From contig NC_058369.1 in the NCBI RefSeq assembly GCF_018350175.1, forward strand, positions 9,364,001-9,428,000: a stretch of 64,000 nt of DNA, written 5' to 3'. This DNA is from Felis catus (lineage: Eukaryota). Position numbers and translations under genes: made by a program. Of the stretch, positions 13,517-25,670 are shown piece by piece; position 1 is the stretch's first letter, and every line of letters begins with the position of its first letter. A model generated the notes under the pieces. The model was given only the letters and a program-made list of their open reading frames with translations. It searched no databases and was not told the DNA's origin.

Positions 13517-14030
13517 CATTAAGGACTGAAATGTGTCCCCTCCCCCAAATCCTGGTGGAGCCCCAACCCTCCAGTGTAACTGCATTTGCAGACAGGGCCT
13601 CTCAGGGGGTAATTAAAGCTACATGAAGTCACAGGGTCGTCCCTAGTCCAGTAGCACTGGTGTCCGTCCCTATAAGGAGAGAGAGAGAGAGAGAGAGAGA
13701 AGGGTGCCTTGGTGGCCGGTGAAGCGTCCGACTTCGGCTCAGGTCATGATTTTGTGGTTCGGGAGTTCGAGCCCTGAGTTGGGCTCTGCGTTGACAGCTG
13801 GGAGCCCGGAGCCTGCTTCGGATTCTGTGTCTCCCTCTCTCTCTCTCTCTGCCCCTCCCCTGCTCGTGCTCTGTCTCTCTCAAAAATAAATTTAAAAAAA
13901 AGGAAGGGAGAGAGAGAGAGAGGAGAAAGGCCTCACCAGGGATCAACCCTGCTGGCACCTTGATCTTGAACTTCCAGCCTGCAGACCCGCGCGAGAAGAC
14001 ACGTCTACGGCTTAAGCTGCCGGCTCCTGG
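13517..14030 (+). mobile_element. MaLR (MLT1/MST-like) LTR with nested Can-SINE (13703-13900)
   Basis: LTR motifs (gtaattaaag, ggcaccttgatcttgaacttccagcct) interrupted by a SINE. Confidence 0.7.
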
Positions 14031-14240
14031 CATCTGTGGACACCGGGGGCTGGGTCGTTCCTGGTTTCGGGGTGCCCACGCGCTATATGGCGGGGGCTGA
14101 GCAGCGTCCCTGGCCTCCACACATCCAGTTCCTGCCAGCAGCTCCCTCCTCAAATCCTGACCACCAAACTGTCCCCGGACATTGCCAAGTGTCCCCTGGG
14201 GGACAAGACTGCCCCCCCACCCCCCCCACCCGAGAACCAC
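14030..14240 (+). mobile_element. MER20-like hAT fragment (further copies near 14480-14590, 27190-27380, 62720-62900)
   Basis: tgtccccggacattgccaagtgtcccctgggg...gagaaccac motif. Confidence 0.6.
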
Positions 14241-15246
14241 CACCTTCAATCACATCCAAGATTGTAAGATTGTCAGTCGCATTGAATGAAGGGAAATGTC
14301 CGGGGGATTTCAAGGTGGCCTCCCGCTGAGGTCCCGGGGTTCCCTGAGGGCTGAGGCTCGGACTTATTCGTCCTCCAGGTACACGATTACTACGGGGGGG
14401 GGCAGGGGCAGGAGCAACAGTCACCCCCAAACCAGGTGTGATCGGACCCCAGGGTCCTCCCCTCCCCCGGCTCATTCCGCAGGACTCTGGCCTCAGAGAG
14501 GCGGTCCCTGGTCTCAGCGTGACAACTAAAAACGTGCCCGGACATTGCCAACGTCCCTTGGGGGCAGACGGCCCCCGGGTGAGAGACTCCCCAGCCGCCG
14601 ACCCTGCTCTAGCCTTTCCGCAGAGTTCCAACCTTCCGACACATGACACGCTCCGCGGACTCGTCGTGCTTGTTCGTCGCCCGTTTCCCTGCAGTCCCGT
14701 GAGGGTTGGAGGTTCCCTGGTCTTTCACCGCCGTGTCCCACATATGGGCGACGGGGCTGGGCACACAGCAGGCGCTCAATGAGCGCTCTCATTCAACGAG
14801 CCACGGCCAACGGCCATCAGTTTCAGGCAGGTAACAAGAGGCCAGGAGGCCACCCTCTCTGGTGCGGGCAAGGCAAAGCCTTTTAGCTCCCACGAGGCCC
14901 ACCCCAGAACCTTCCAAGTTATGGCGGACCCCACCTTCAGAGAGAGTCTGGTCTTCGGGGGGATTAAAGGGTGGGACAGTGGCCTCTCGGCTGGCCAGCT
15001 ATGCGCAGTCTTGAACAGGAGTCCGGGCTGGCCCTGGGTGGGGTTAGCCGGGACTGTGGCCCTTCCTAAGACAACGGCAGAAAGCGTTTCTGTTTCTAGG
15101 AAGCTGAGGTCACCCTGCGTGTCGGCTACTAGTTGGCTCTGGGCTTATCTTTTCCCCATGCGACCCCTCCCCTCGCCCTGCCCCCAACCCTCCCAGTGAC
15201 CGGGCTGGCAGCACACGGGTGACTCCGTGTTTATAAAGCTCTCGCT

Positions 15247-15460
15247 GGGGGCGCCTGGGTGGCTCAGTCAGTTCAGCGTCTGACTCTTAATTTCAGGTCA
15301 CGATCTCACGGTTCGCGAGTTCGAGCCCCACCTCCATGCTCACGGTTGGGATTTTCTGTCTCCCTCTCTCTCTCTCTCTCTCTCTGCCCCTCCCTTTCTC
15401 CTGCTCGAGCTCTCGCTCTTTCAAAGTAAATAAATAAACATTAAAAAAAAAAAAAAAAAA
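15247..15460 (+). mobile_element. Can-SINE with target-site duplication taaagctctcgct
   Basis: tRNA-derived head, (CT)n, poly-A, TSD on both sides. Confidence 0.92.
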
Positions 15461-16089
15461 GTAAAGCTCTCGCTTTCTGCTCAGCGGAAGTCAGAGTGTT
15501 AGTGTTCGGCTGGGGGTTTTGATCCGATAACTGGGTTTATGTTTGTTCAGGCAGGTGGTCGGCCCTGCCCTCATCGGCTGGCTGCGGGCAGCAGGAGGGC
15601 AGGGGGGCAACGAAGGGACACAGACTGAGTCCCTTGGAAGGAGGATTCGGGAGTTCAGACACAACATCGAGGAACAAAAGAAACTTGAAGAGAGAAGGAC
15701 TTTCCCCGTATAAGGAAGGATGAGACGCTCCTGGGCGGAGAGAGCGGAGGGGTGGGGTGGTGGGGGAGGGACAGACAGACAGAGGAGGGAGGGGCACAGA
15801 CATAAAGGGGACACAGGGGTGAGCAGAGGGACTGTGTCCTCTCTCCCAAGCATCTAGCTAAGAATGGCCTCCCAATTTGGGGAGATCTGGAGAATGACAC
15901 AGGTTAATCTGTTCCCACATGCTGTCCCCTGCCTGCTGGACAGGCGCTCAGTGTGTTTAGAAGTAAACTGAGCTGTTGGGAAAAAAGAAAAAAAAGGTGT
16001 TATACTTTGAGCCTGCCTGAGACTCTCAGCTGAAATGGCTGTGATTGTCATCACTGTTGTGACTGTTGTCCCCACACACTCAGCCGACC

Positions 16090-17118
16090 TTCCTTAACCC
16101 CAGAGACGGGCTCAGCTGTTCCCCGAGGAACTCCGGGGGGGGGGGGGGGCCCTGGTGCCTTTGTCAGCGTCAGGACGGAGGAGAGGCCCTTGGCTCAGAG
16201 ATGTTGAGGGCGTGACCCCCTGGGAACTGAGTAGCATCTGGAGTACGAGTGACAGCAGTGACAGCCAACCTCAGGCACATTCCCAGGAGCCCCTGAAATC
16301 CTCACATGGGGAATCTGGCAGGTGTCCCAACGACTGGCCTTACTGGGGATCCACAGAAGGTGTCCCCGTGGTAAAGGATAACTCGGCACATTCCGGAAGA
16401 AAGGACTGGTCCCTGGCCGCCTCCTGGGAGGTCACTTTCTAAAGTGTCCTGCGTGATAAAAACCTCTTTGTTTATCTGAGGGCCTTGGGCCACTCAAGAT
16501 GGCTTATTCTAACAGTGTGATTTATGGTGGGGGGGGGAGGGGGGTCTGGGCCATGTGACATCATTAGTGTGACCTCTGGAGTGGCTGGGGTCTGAGTAGC
16601 TAAGGTCGGTCAGGCCTACGCGAGCAACCCCCAAGGGACACTCTGGTCACCGAAGCTCAGGCAGGCTTCCCTCGTCGGTAGAATCGCACCGTCACACGCG
16701 GTCGTGGGGACACCGGGAGCCGACTTCTGGGTGCTGCCCGCGTAACTCCACCAGCAGGGGACCCTGACCCATGTGCCTCTGCTTTGCACGTTTCAGTTTT
16801 TTATTTTTAAATTCTACTTATTTATTTTTTGAGAGAGAGAGAGATCACAGAGAGAGAGAGAGAGAGAGGGAACCGTGCTCAGCAGGGAGCCCAACGTGGG
16901 GCTCGATCCCACAACCGTGACATCATGCCCTGAGCCGACATCAAGAGTCAGCCATCCAACCAACTGAGCCTCCCAGGCGCCCCTCCTCTGCGGATTTTAA
17001 CCTGTGTCCTTCTGCTGTACTAAACTGCGACCGTGAGTCAAACAGTGCCTCTCAGTTCTCAGTCTTTCTAGTCAATTACTGAACCCGAGTCTTGGGTTCC
17101 CTTGGGACCCCTGAACAG
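16090..17118 (+). mobile_element. MER21-like LTR with nested minus-strand Can-SINE (16797-16983)
   Basis: MER21-like motifs near the 3' end (ttctagtcaattactgaaccc...gacccctgaaca); boundaries approximate. Confidence 0.55.
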
Positions 17119-17234
17119 GGCTCCCCAGAGAGAAACAGCAGCCGGGCCACCAAAGCATCCCGCACCAAGAGTGGGTGTGCTGTTAGACCCGTTTTACAGG
17201 TGACGGAACCAGGGCAGGCCAAATTCTAAAGCCG

Positions 17235-17760
17235 CCCCTGCCTCCCGTCCTAAGATTCTGGCTGTCCAGTCAAACGCTGGTCCAGGGGACTGCTGTGAAA
17301 GGGCTCTGCAAAAGTAATTAAAGTCCTGAGTCGGCTGACTGTCAGACCCAGAGCTGATCTGGGTGGGCCTGACCCAATCAGGCGAGACGCCGAAAAGCCG
17401 AGTGTTCTCTCTGGCTGGCGACAGAAGTCAGAGAGATGTGGAGTGCACGAGAGATCAGCCGCGTCCCCGGGCGCTCAGCGTAACCTCTGGCTAAATCCCA
17501 GCGAAGAAACAGGACCTCTGTCCTACAGCCACAAGGGACTGAATTCTGCCAAGACCTGAATGAGTTTGGAAGTGCATTCCCCCCCCCCCCCCCCCGCCCC
17601 CAGAGCTTCCCGAGAAGAGCCCAGCCCGGCCAACAGCGAGATTTTGGCCCTGGGGGGACCCTCAAATGGGTCACACTAACCCATTTGAGCCCTCCCAGGC
17701 CTCTGACCTACAGAACCGAGAGCTAAATAAGCAGATGTTTTAAGCCGTTCCGTTTACGCC
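17235..17760 (+). mobile_element. MLT1-type LTR
   Basis: ggacctctgtcctacagccacaagggactgaattctgccaa...tgttttaagcc motifs. Confidence 0.65.
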
Positions 17761-19329
17761 GGCGAATACACGGCCGGAGGCTCGGGGAGGGTGGCCTCAC
17801 CTGCCCAGGTTTACGGCGCGGACGGGGCAGGTGGGCGAGATGAGGCCACAGAACACGACCCTCTCACCCGATTTCTCACCCAGAAAACTGCCACCCACCC
17901 CGGTGCTCCCTCCCCTCCCTGGGCTGGGACCTGGACCAGCTTCCACCCCAACGATGGGGAAACAGTCCTGGGGGCACAGAGCCACGAAGAGCCAGAAACC
18001 GGGCCCGGACTCCCATCGTGCACGGAGCTGCCCGGTAAGCATGAGCCGCTCACCTCCGACTTCCTGCAGGAGACAGGACTTCCAGGGGGATGGCCCCACC
18101 CCCCTTCTGCTGTCCCCTGAGCCTCATCTTGGCCCCTTCCGATCTTTCTCGCTCTCTCCGGGGGCTCCTTCTGCTTTTGTACCTTCGCCAGCACGCTTCC
18201 TGGCCCTAACTTTGTCCGTCCTCAACCTGCTCTCCCTCCGGCCTCGGCTCTCCCTCCCCTGGGGACCCTGGATGGAACTCCCGGTGGCTTCAGCTGGTGG
18301 AGCCCTGACCTTTCTCTTTAGCCCCCCAGCTTCCGGCCCTCTGCTGGACGACACGGTCATCGATCTGCCCGCCCCCCCCCCTTCCCACACTCCCTCTCCC
18401 TGGCGACCGGCGCACCTCTCTCTCTGCCCCGCTGTCCCATCAGCTGCCAAGTCACATCCGGTCTCCTGTCAGGCCTCTAGACCCCGTTCCAAGGCAGGGG
18501 GGCTCTGACCCCCTCCGCCAGAGTTGCCTGTCATGAAATCCACTGCTCGCTCTGGGTCCTTGTCTTCCTTGGCTGTTGGGCGGGAACGGACGTGCTGGAG
18601 ACACCCTTCGGGGGCCCACGCTGGCCCGGCCTTCATCTCCTCCCCAGTCGCCCCTTCCCTGGTCACCTCTAACACTGCGGTGGCCCCGGGCTGTCCTTGG
18701 GGCCTCTCGGTTCACACTTATCTCCTTGGCGAGCTTGTCCAGTCCCCTGGCTTAAGATGTGTCGGCATCTGATGCCCTCCTGACTTTTTATCTCCAGCCC
18801 AGCCGGGAAGACGCGTTAACCTCGCCTTCAGAACCTTCCTGGGGAGGCGTTCCCCACCGGAAGCATCCGCGGGACAGCCCCCTGCCCGCACCGTGTCTCC
18901 AGGCCGACACCGACCTCCTGCCCTTCCTTCGCCCCAAACCTGCCCCTCCCGCCTTTTCCTTGTCTCAGACAGCCGCGGCTCTGTCCTTCGGCTGCTCAGG
19001 CCCTCGCCCCTGGGGGTGGCCTTGACTCCTCTCCCTGCCCCACGCCTTGCATCGGCCATGGCGTGGGCCAGCTCCCAGGACACGGCCGGACTCTGAACGC
19101 TCCACACCCCCCGAGTCTAGGCAGCCATCCTGCTTTCGCTGGGATCATTTTTGGGTCAGTGGCCTCCACGCTGACCTCCTCCCGGTCCGTTCTGCCCCGC
19201 GGCCAGAGGGAGCCTGTTCAAGTGTGAGTCAGGTCAGGTGCCTCCTCTGCTTTGGAGGCTGCAGGCACCCCCCCCCCCCTCGCTCAGAGGGCAAGGCAGT
19301 TCAGCACGGCGGCCACGGGTGGCCTCCTA

Positions 19330-19749
<420 letters not shown>

Positions 19750-20982
19750 CTACAGAAGACCAAAGGCGAGGGCAGTCATTCCCAGGTACCCCTCCCGGTC
19801 CCCCGTGAGCCAGACCCACACTACCTGGGGAGCCCCAGGAAGAACTCTGAAGGCAGTGGCTGAGGCGACCCCACCCTCAGGCTGCCTGTCTCCAGGGCTC
19901 CGTTTACGGGTTCCCCTTTGTGGCCCGTGGGGAGGGCTCTGGGGCTCGGCTGCACCAGGAGCCCCCGCCCTTCCCTCTCCCGCACGCCGGACGCGAGAGC
20001 TGGCACGTCCCCAGGTTGGCCCAGACCCCCCCGCCCCCTCGCCCTGCCCCAGAGTTCTTCTGGACGACTCCGTTCCGTTCCAACCCCAAAGAAGAGAGCA
20101 AGCCGGATCTCAGCAGCACGTGCAGCAGCCAGGCACAGGGGTCCACGGCCACAGCCGCCGGGGGGCCGCCGGCTCCCCACCTCCCCCCCCCCCCCCCGCC
20201 CCCGGCTCGGCCCAGACCAGACCAGATGGGCACAGACCACATCATTCCTCTGAGAAGCGGCAGGCAGGCGGCCCCCCCGCGGACGGGGCGGCCCCTTGCG
20301 GACATGCAGCGAGGCACAGACACACAGAACGGCAGACAGGGGCGTGCATGCAGACGGAATCTCGAGACTCATTCATAGCTCCGTGGAAAGTGTATCTCAG
20401 GGGCATGTCCGGATCTTGGCTCTGTGTGATGGCAAGGGGAAGGGGTGAGGGGGCATTCCCGCGGCCTGGGGAAGAAAGGACTCCCCATGTCCCAAGCAGG
20501 GGCTCTGTCCCCCGTGCTTGGTGATATAGGAGAGGACGCTGGACCGGTGGGCACCAGCCCAGGCTGAGGCGGCATGGAAATGGGGGTTGAGGGGGGGAGG
20601 GAGGGGGGCGATTCAGACGCAGGTCGGCGGGAAACACAGAGCTGGAGACGGGGAGAGGGCTGGCAAACCCAGAACAGGACACGGGAAGAGGGACTGGGGC
20701 GGGGAGGCGGGGAGGGAGGTGGCAGACACAGAAACACACACAACTGCAGGTTGTGCACTGCACAAAAGGCTCACCGACTTAGAAGTCACGCATTTGCGTA
20801 TTTGAGTGGCAACTTCTCAGGCGATGACAGAGAAGTTTCCTGTTCTTACCACATGGGTGGATTACAACCATTTTCCAACAGACCAAATGTTCTGTGGAAA
20901 GGGTGTCCTTTTCAGAGTTGCACAAAGGTGCCTTATGGACTCCTGGTGGCCCTGCACAGAGCCCAGGAAGCGAAGGGGACCG

Positions 20983-21015
<33 letters not shown>

Positions 21016-22215
21016 CACACAGCTAAACACCAAGAGAAGGGACAAAAGGAAAGCGAGAGGAGGGAGAGGTGCGGGGGGGGTGGGGCGGGGGGCAGCCCCT
21101 TTCCAGCCTTGATCGGGAAGGAGGAGGAGGAGGGATGAGGCTGCAGTGAGATGGCTAGAGAGGCAGGAAGGGATGGCACTAACAGAAGGGGAGGGAGGAC
21201 TCTCGCAGACACAGGTGGGCTGGGGTAGATGGGAGAACAGGATGACGGGGTCATTTTCTGGGAGGCGGTAGGCAATTTTAAAGGTCATCCCTGAACTTCT
21301 CGTGGATGAGCTGGAGGGAACAGAGCGTCTGTCCTGGGGTGCCAAGGGAGATTCCGGGACAGGGGTCCGGAGGGGCGGCCCGGCCCAGCCACCTGGCGGC
21401 GGGACCCTTGCTCCCTCAGCCAACATGCACCGTCCCCCGATCGGCCATGGTGCCTGCCCGCCCCAGGCCCCCGCCAAGGCAGCGTGCATGGCCTGCATCA
21501 GGGTGCCACGGTCCAGGGGTCCAGCTGCGGCCTGCCTGCCCACTCTGGAACAATGGAGAGGCATGTTGGGGTGTCTAGGGGAGGATGGGTGGCGTAGGGA
21601 TGGGGGCTTGGGAAGCAATTTTGGGGGGGGGAGGGAGAGGTGGAGGGAGGAGAGGCTCCTCGGGAGGTCTTGAATCCCCCAAGGCCCTAGGTCAGAGATC
21701 AGCTTCAGGTGTACGTGGGGGGCGGGCTTCTGGACCTGGGGGTTCGAGATACAAAAGATGGGGGGGGGGCAGGGCCTCGCTTTGTTGGGGCCAAAGCCCC
21801 CTGCTGCGAGGCACCTGCCCCGGCCTGGGCGTGGGGGGGCCGCTCTGGGTGGGCAGAAAGGAGGCGAGGCGGTGTTCCCTCCGAAGCATGTTTGTGTCCA
21901 ATTTGGTTCCCAGGGGACCAGGTGCGAGGGGACCGGGGGGCTCCCCTCCCCCTCCCCCCCGGCGTGTCGGCCATAATGGAGTCTCAAAACACCAAACCAC
22001 ACTCATCAGAAAAGACGGACACAGTGTGCTGCTTAGAGTCAAAGGGACGGTCATGATCCATTTACTCGAGGAGGAAAGGGGGAGAAAAAAAGAAAAAGAA
22101 AAGGAAAAAAAGAAGAAGAAGAGTAACTCGGGAAGAAGAAACTCGGCTGGTCGTTCCTGGTCAGCACTGAAAAATCCCCAGTGCCCGACGCTAGTGGTCG
22201 GCAAGGGTAGACTAC

Positions 22216-22312
22216 CTTGTAAGCCACTCTGGCCGGACACTTCTTCCCCAGACCCAGGGGCGGAGACATGTGTCTCAGCATCTGATACATGTCCGGGTAA
22301 GGCATGCGGCCC
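22216..22312 (-). CDS. CACNA1A: CACNA1A mutually exclusive exon 37b / EFb ([33 protein letters not shown])
   Basis: 97 nt, tgctag| ... |gtagtc; same length and phase as 37a, paralogous peptide. Confidence 0.95.
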
Positions 22313-22379
22313 CTAGCAGCACCGAAAACAAAACGGGGTGGGAACGGAGAACCAAAGGGAGGGGTGGGGGGGGGGAGAG

Positions 22380-22555
22380 GAAGAAACCGAAAAAAAACCA
22401 AAAAACCAAAAAACCAAAAAAACCAAAAAAACCAAAAAAAAAAAAAAAACCCAAAACAAAAAACCAAACAAAAGCAGGAACCAAACCAAAAAAACAAAAA
22501 AAAACAAAAAAAAACCACAAAAAAACCAAACCAAAAACCAAACAAAAAAACCACA
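22380..22555. repeat. Low-complexity (A)nCC array (U/G-rich on the pre-mRNA) upstream of exon 37b
   Basis: aaaaaacc repeats visible. Confidence 0.9.
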
Positions 22556-23265
22556 CGAGCCGAAAAAATAGAGCGAGAAAGATGCAGAGAACAATAAAAT
22601 AGGTATTTCAAATCAAGGGAAAACAGGAGAAAAAAAAATGGAAGAGGAGGGAATTAAAAAAAAAAGATTATTTCACTGCTCACGAGCAGGGAGAGAGAAA
22701 GAGAAAAGAGAAAAGTCAGATTCAGTTTTGACTCTGAGCTATGGTTCTGGTGGGGCGTGGAGGAGAGGGGGCAGTTCTTGTTTTGGAGTGCCTGGAACAA
22801 CGCTTTGGCTCAGTGTTATTTTAAAAATTGGGTGAAAGTTCTCTGGTTTGGCTGAGGCTGGTCTCTGAGGGGGCCTAGACGGGGAGGGGGGCGCTGGGGC
22901 GGCGGGAGGAGGGCTGGGGGCTTTGGGAGGCGAAGGGTGGAGGGGGGAGAGAGTGGAGGTGATGGGGGGGGTCAATGCACACTTCCGACCCCCCCGGATG
23001 TGTCTGATTTGGGGTGCCGTTGAGACCCTGGGATGGGCAGCTTCAGCTAACAGCAAGCAGAAATGGCTGAAGGGGACGGAGAGATATGTTCCATGCTTCA
23101 TCGAGTCTACGTGACTGCATTCTGTTGGCTAAGAACTTTCTAGTTTAATGCAAGAAAGAGAGATGGCTCTGTTTTTTAGATATATATATATATATGAAAT
23201 ATATATATTGAAGAACCCCAAGCCACACTCATTCCATGGATGCTAGCAGGTTTTAGTGGAAATCA

Positions 23266-23385
<120 letters not shown>

Positions 23386-24519
23386 TTAGTGGAGGTAGGG
23401 GTCAGGCTGCGCTCTCGCCGGCTCCCCCGCGCACACGGCGAGGTCATGATGCCAGGGGTTGGGGACCCCTTGGCTTGAACACTCGCAGACCCCGGGGCAG
23501 AGGGTCTCGGTTGGGGTGTGCGATATTTCTGGGCTGGTGGTGGGGGGGGGCCCTCCCCCCGGGGTTCTCTCTGCGTCTCCCTTCTCCATAAGCTACATGG
23601 GCTACACTGGGGGGAGGGGGAGCTCGTGGAATAGAGGACAAGGGGACAGCATCCAACTGCTGTGACCTAAAATCAAAAAAGGAAGAGTTAGGAACCAGCC
23701 AAAAGTCAAGCCCCAGACGCGTGGCTCACCCCAGGCTCTCGGTCTCACGGAGGGCTTGTCTGGGGCTGCAGACTCCTCCCTACTCCTCCCCACCTTCCTC
23801 CTGAGGCCTCCCCTCCAGCACCCACACTGCTGAGGGCCCCCATTAACGCCTTCTCAGGCCCCAAGCCCGGTCTGAACTAGACTCCCCGGTTAGTGGTGGG
23901 TGGGTTCTGAGGTTCAGGGCTGCTCCTCTGAGCGTCCCGCAAGGCGTCACGCTGTTCCATGCACGCACTGGGTGGAGACAACCCTCTGGAGCCACCACCT
24001 ATCAGTCAGGAGGGAGCACTCGGGTGCCTAAGAGTAGGAGAGCTCGCGCCCCATGCGACCGTGATTTGTGCGATCACTTGTACCAGCACGACTCCAAACT
24101 CACGGCCAAGCCCATCTGCCCAGGGAGCCAGGCCGGCCCCTTTCCCACAGCTCCCAGTAGAGCAGAGGCTGAGAGGCCTCTGGCTTCCTCCCTGGCTTGC
24201 TTGTCCTCATCATCCGGAGGCCTCTCAGGCAGGGGCAGGGGAGATTCATGGGAGGCAAAATTCTCAAAATCCTCAATGCTCGATCCCTTTCCTCACCTCC
24301 CAGAAAGCCTGGGCCTCGGGCAGGGGTGTACCCGACCAATTCACCTGTGGTGTGGGAGGGCACTGATTCTCATCTCCTTCCTCCAGGCTGACCCCTCTGA
24401 GGTCCCCGCGAGCGCCCTAGGGACCCAGTGCCCCAAAGTCTGGGCCCTGGCCTAGCCTAGGGTGCTTTGGTGCCAGGGAAAGGCGGGCAATGTGGCTGAA
24501 GGACTTGGGTGACTCCTTA

Positions 24520-24975
<456 letters not shown>

Positions 24976-25116
24976 CTATGTGAAATGGGGGCCAACCCCA
25001 AGGGACCGCCATGGCCCCAAATCTTCCCACACCTGGCCCCCAACAAGGCCAAAGCGAGTGCTTCTTGCGGGCTGTATTCCCAGTCCCAGCCCACAGTAAG
25101 CAAATATTTCTTGGGT

Positions 25117-25152
25117 GGATGGATGGATGGATGGATGGATGGATGGATGGAT
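25117..25152. repeat. (GGAT)9 microsatellite
   Basis: Direct read. Confidence 0.95.
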
Positions 25153-25274
25153 GAATGCGTGAATTTTCCTGCCCCCGTCTGCATCCGGTGGCACCTTTTC
25201 ACATATTCTTTTAGCCCTTAGCACGTGGGGGTCTTGCATCATCTTGCCTCTAAGTCTTTGCAAATGTTGCTCCT

Positions 25275-25670
25275 TTAGGGAACATCACGATCTGTCTCTC
25301 TATGGGTAGCAGCATCTGGGGGAACTCCCTCCTTTATACTTAAGAGGCTGTAGCTGGGCGTGGCCAATCCCCACTTTATGGCTCCACAGGCAGCAGCCAT
25401 GTAACCCAGATCTGTGATTGGTTGGGGGGGGGGGGGGGGAGGCGGCATGTGACCCAAGGTGGCCAATGAGAGCCTTCCCTGGGATTTGTGCTGACGCTCC
25501 GGCCGCCATTTTGCCTCCACAAGGAGCAAGTCTGAGAATGGAGCCAGGGTGGAGTCCGCTTGTCTGGCTCCAGCCTCGCCTGACCGTTCAGTTACACAAG
25601 TCGGTGAACTGTATATGCTGCTTACTTCAGTTAAATTTCTGCGGCTTGCAACCAATTTGATTAAAACGGG
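25275..25670 (+). mobile_element. ERVL LTR33/LTR16-like solo LTR
   Basis: gattggtt...ggcatgtgacccaa...ggccaatgagag...ttccctgggattt core and tttctg..cttgcaacca end. Confidence 0.6.

Noticed and set aside
20242..20445. Acceptor-like catcacacag| reading SQDPDMPLRYTFHG...
   Set aside because: No credible downstream donor, and the resemblance to exon 38 is limited to three or four residues.
21278..21325. Acceptor-like ctctgttccctccag| followed by LIHEKFRDDL*
   Set aside because: Another AG lies close upstream and no convincing donor was found; it remains testable with the same RNA-seq as the poison-exon candidate.
20779..22002. 407-aa minus-strand ORF in intron 37
   Set aside because: Non-ATG start, Pro/Ser-rich low complexity, no recognisable homology and no fitting splice structure.
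22270..22611. Lys/Asn-rich and Phe-rich ORFs
   Set aside because: Low-complexity A/C tract; only 22216-22312 (exon 37b) is coding.
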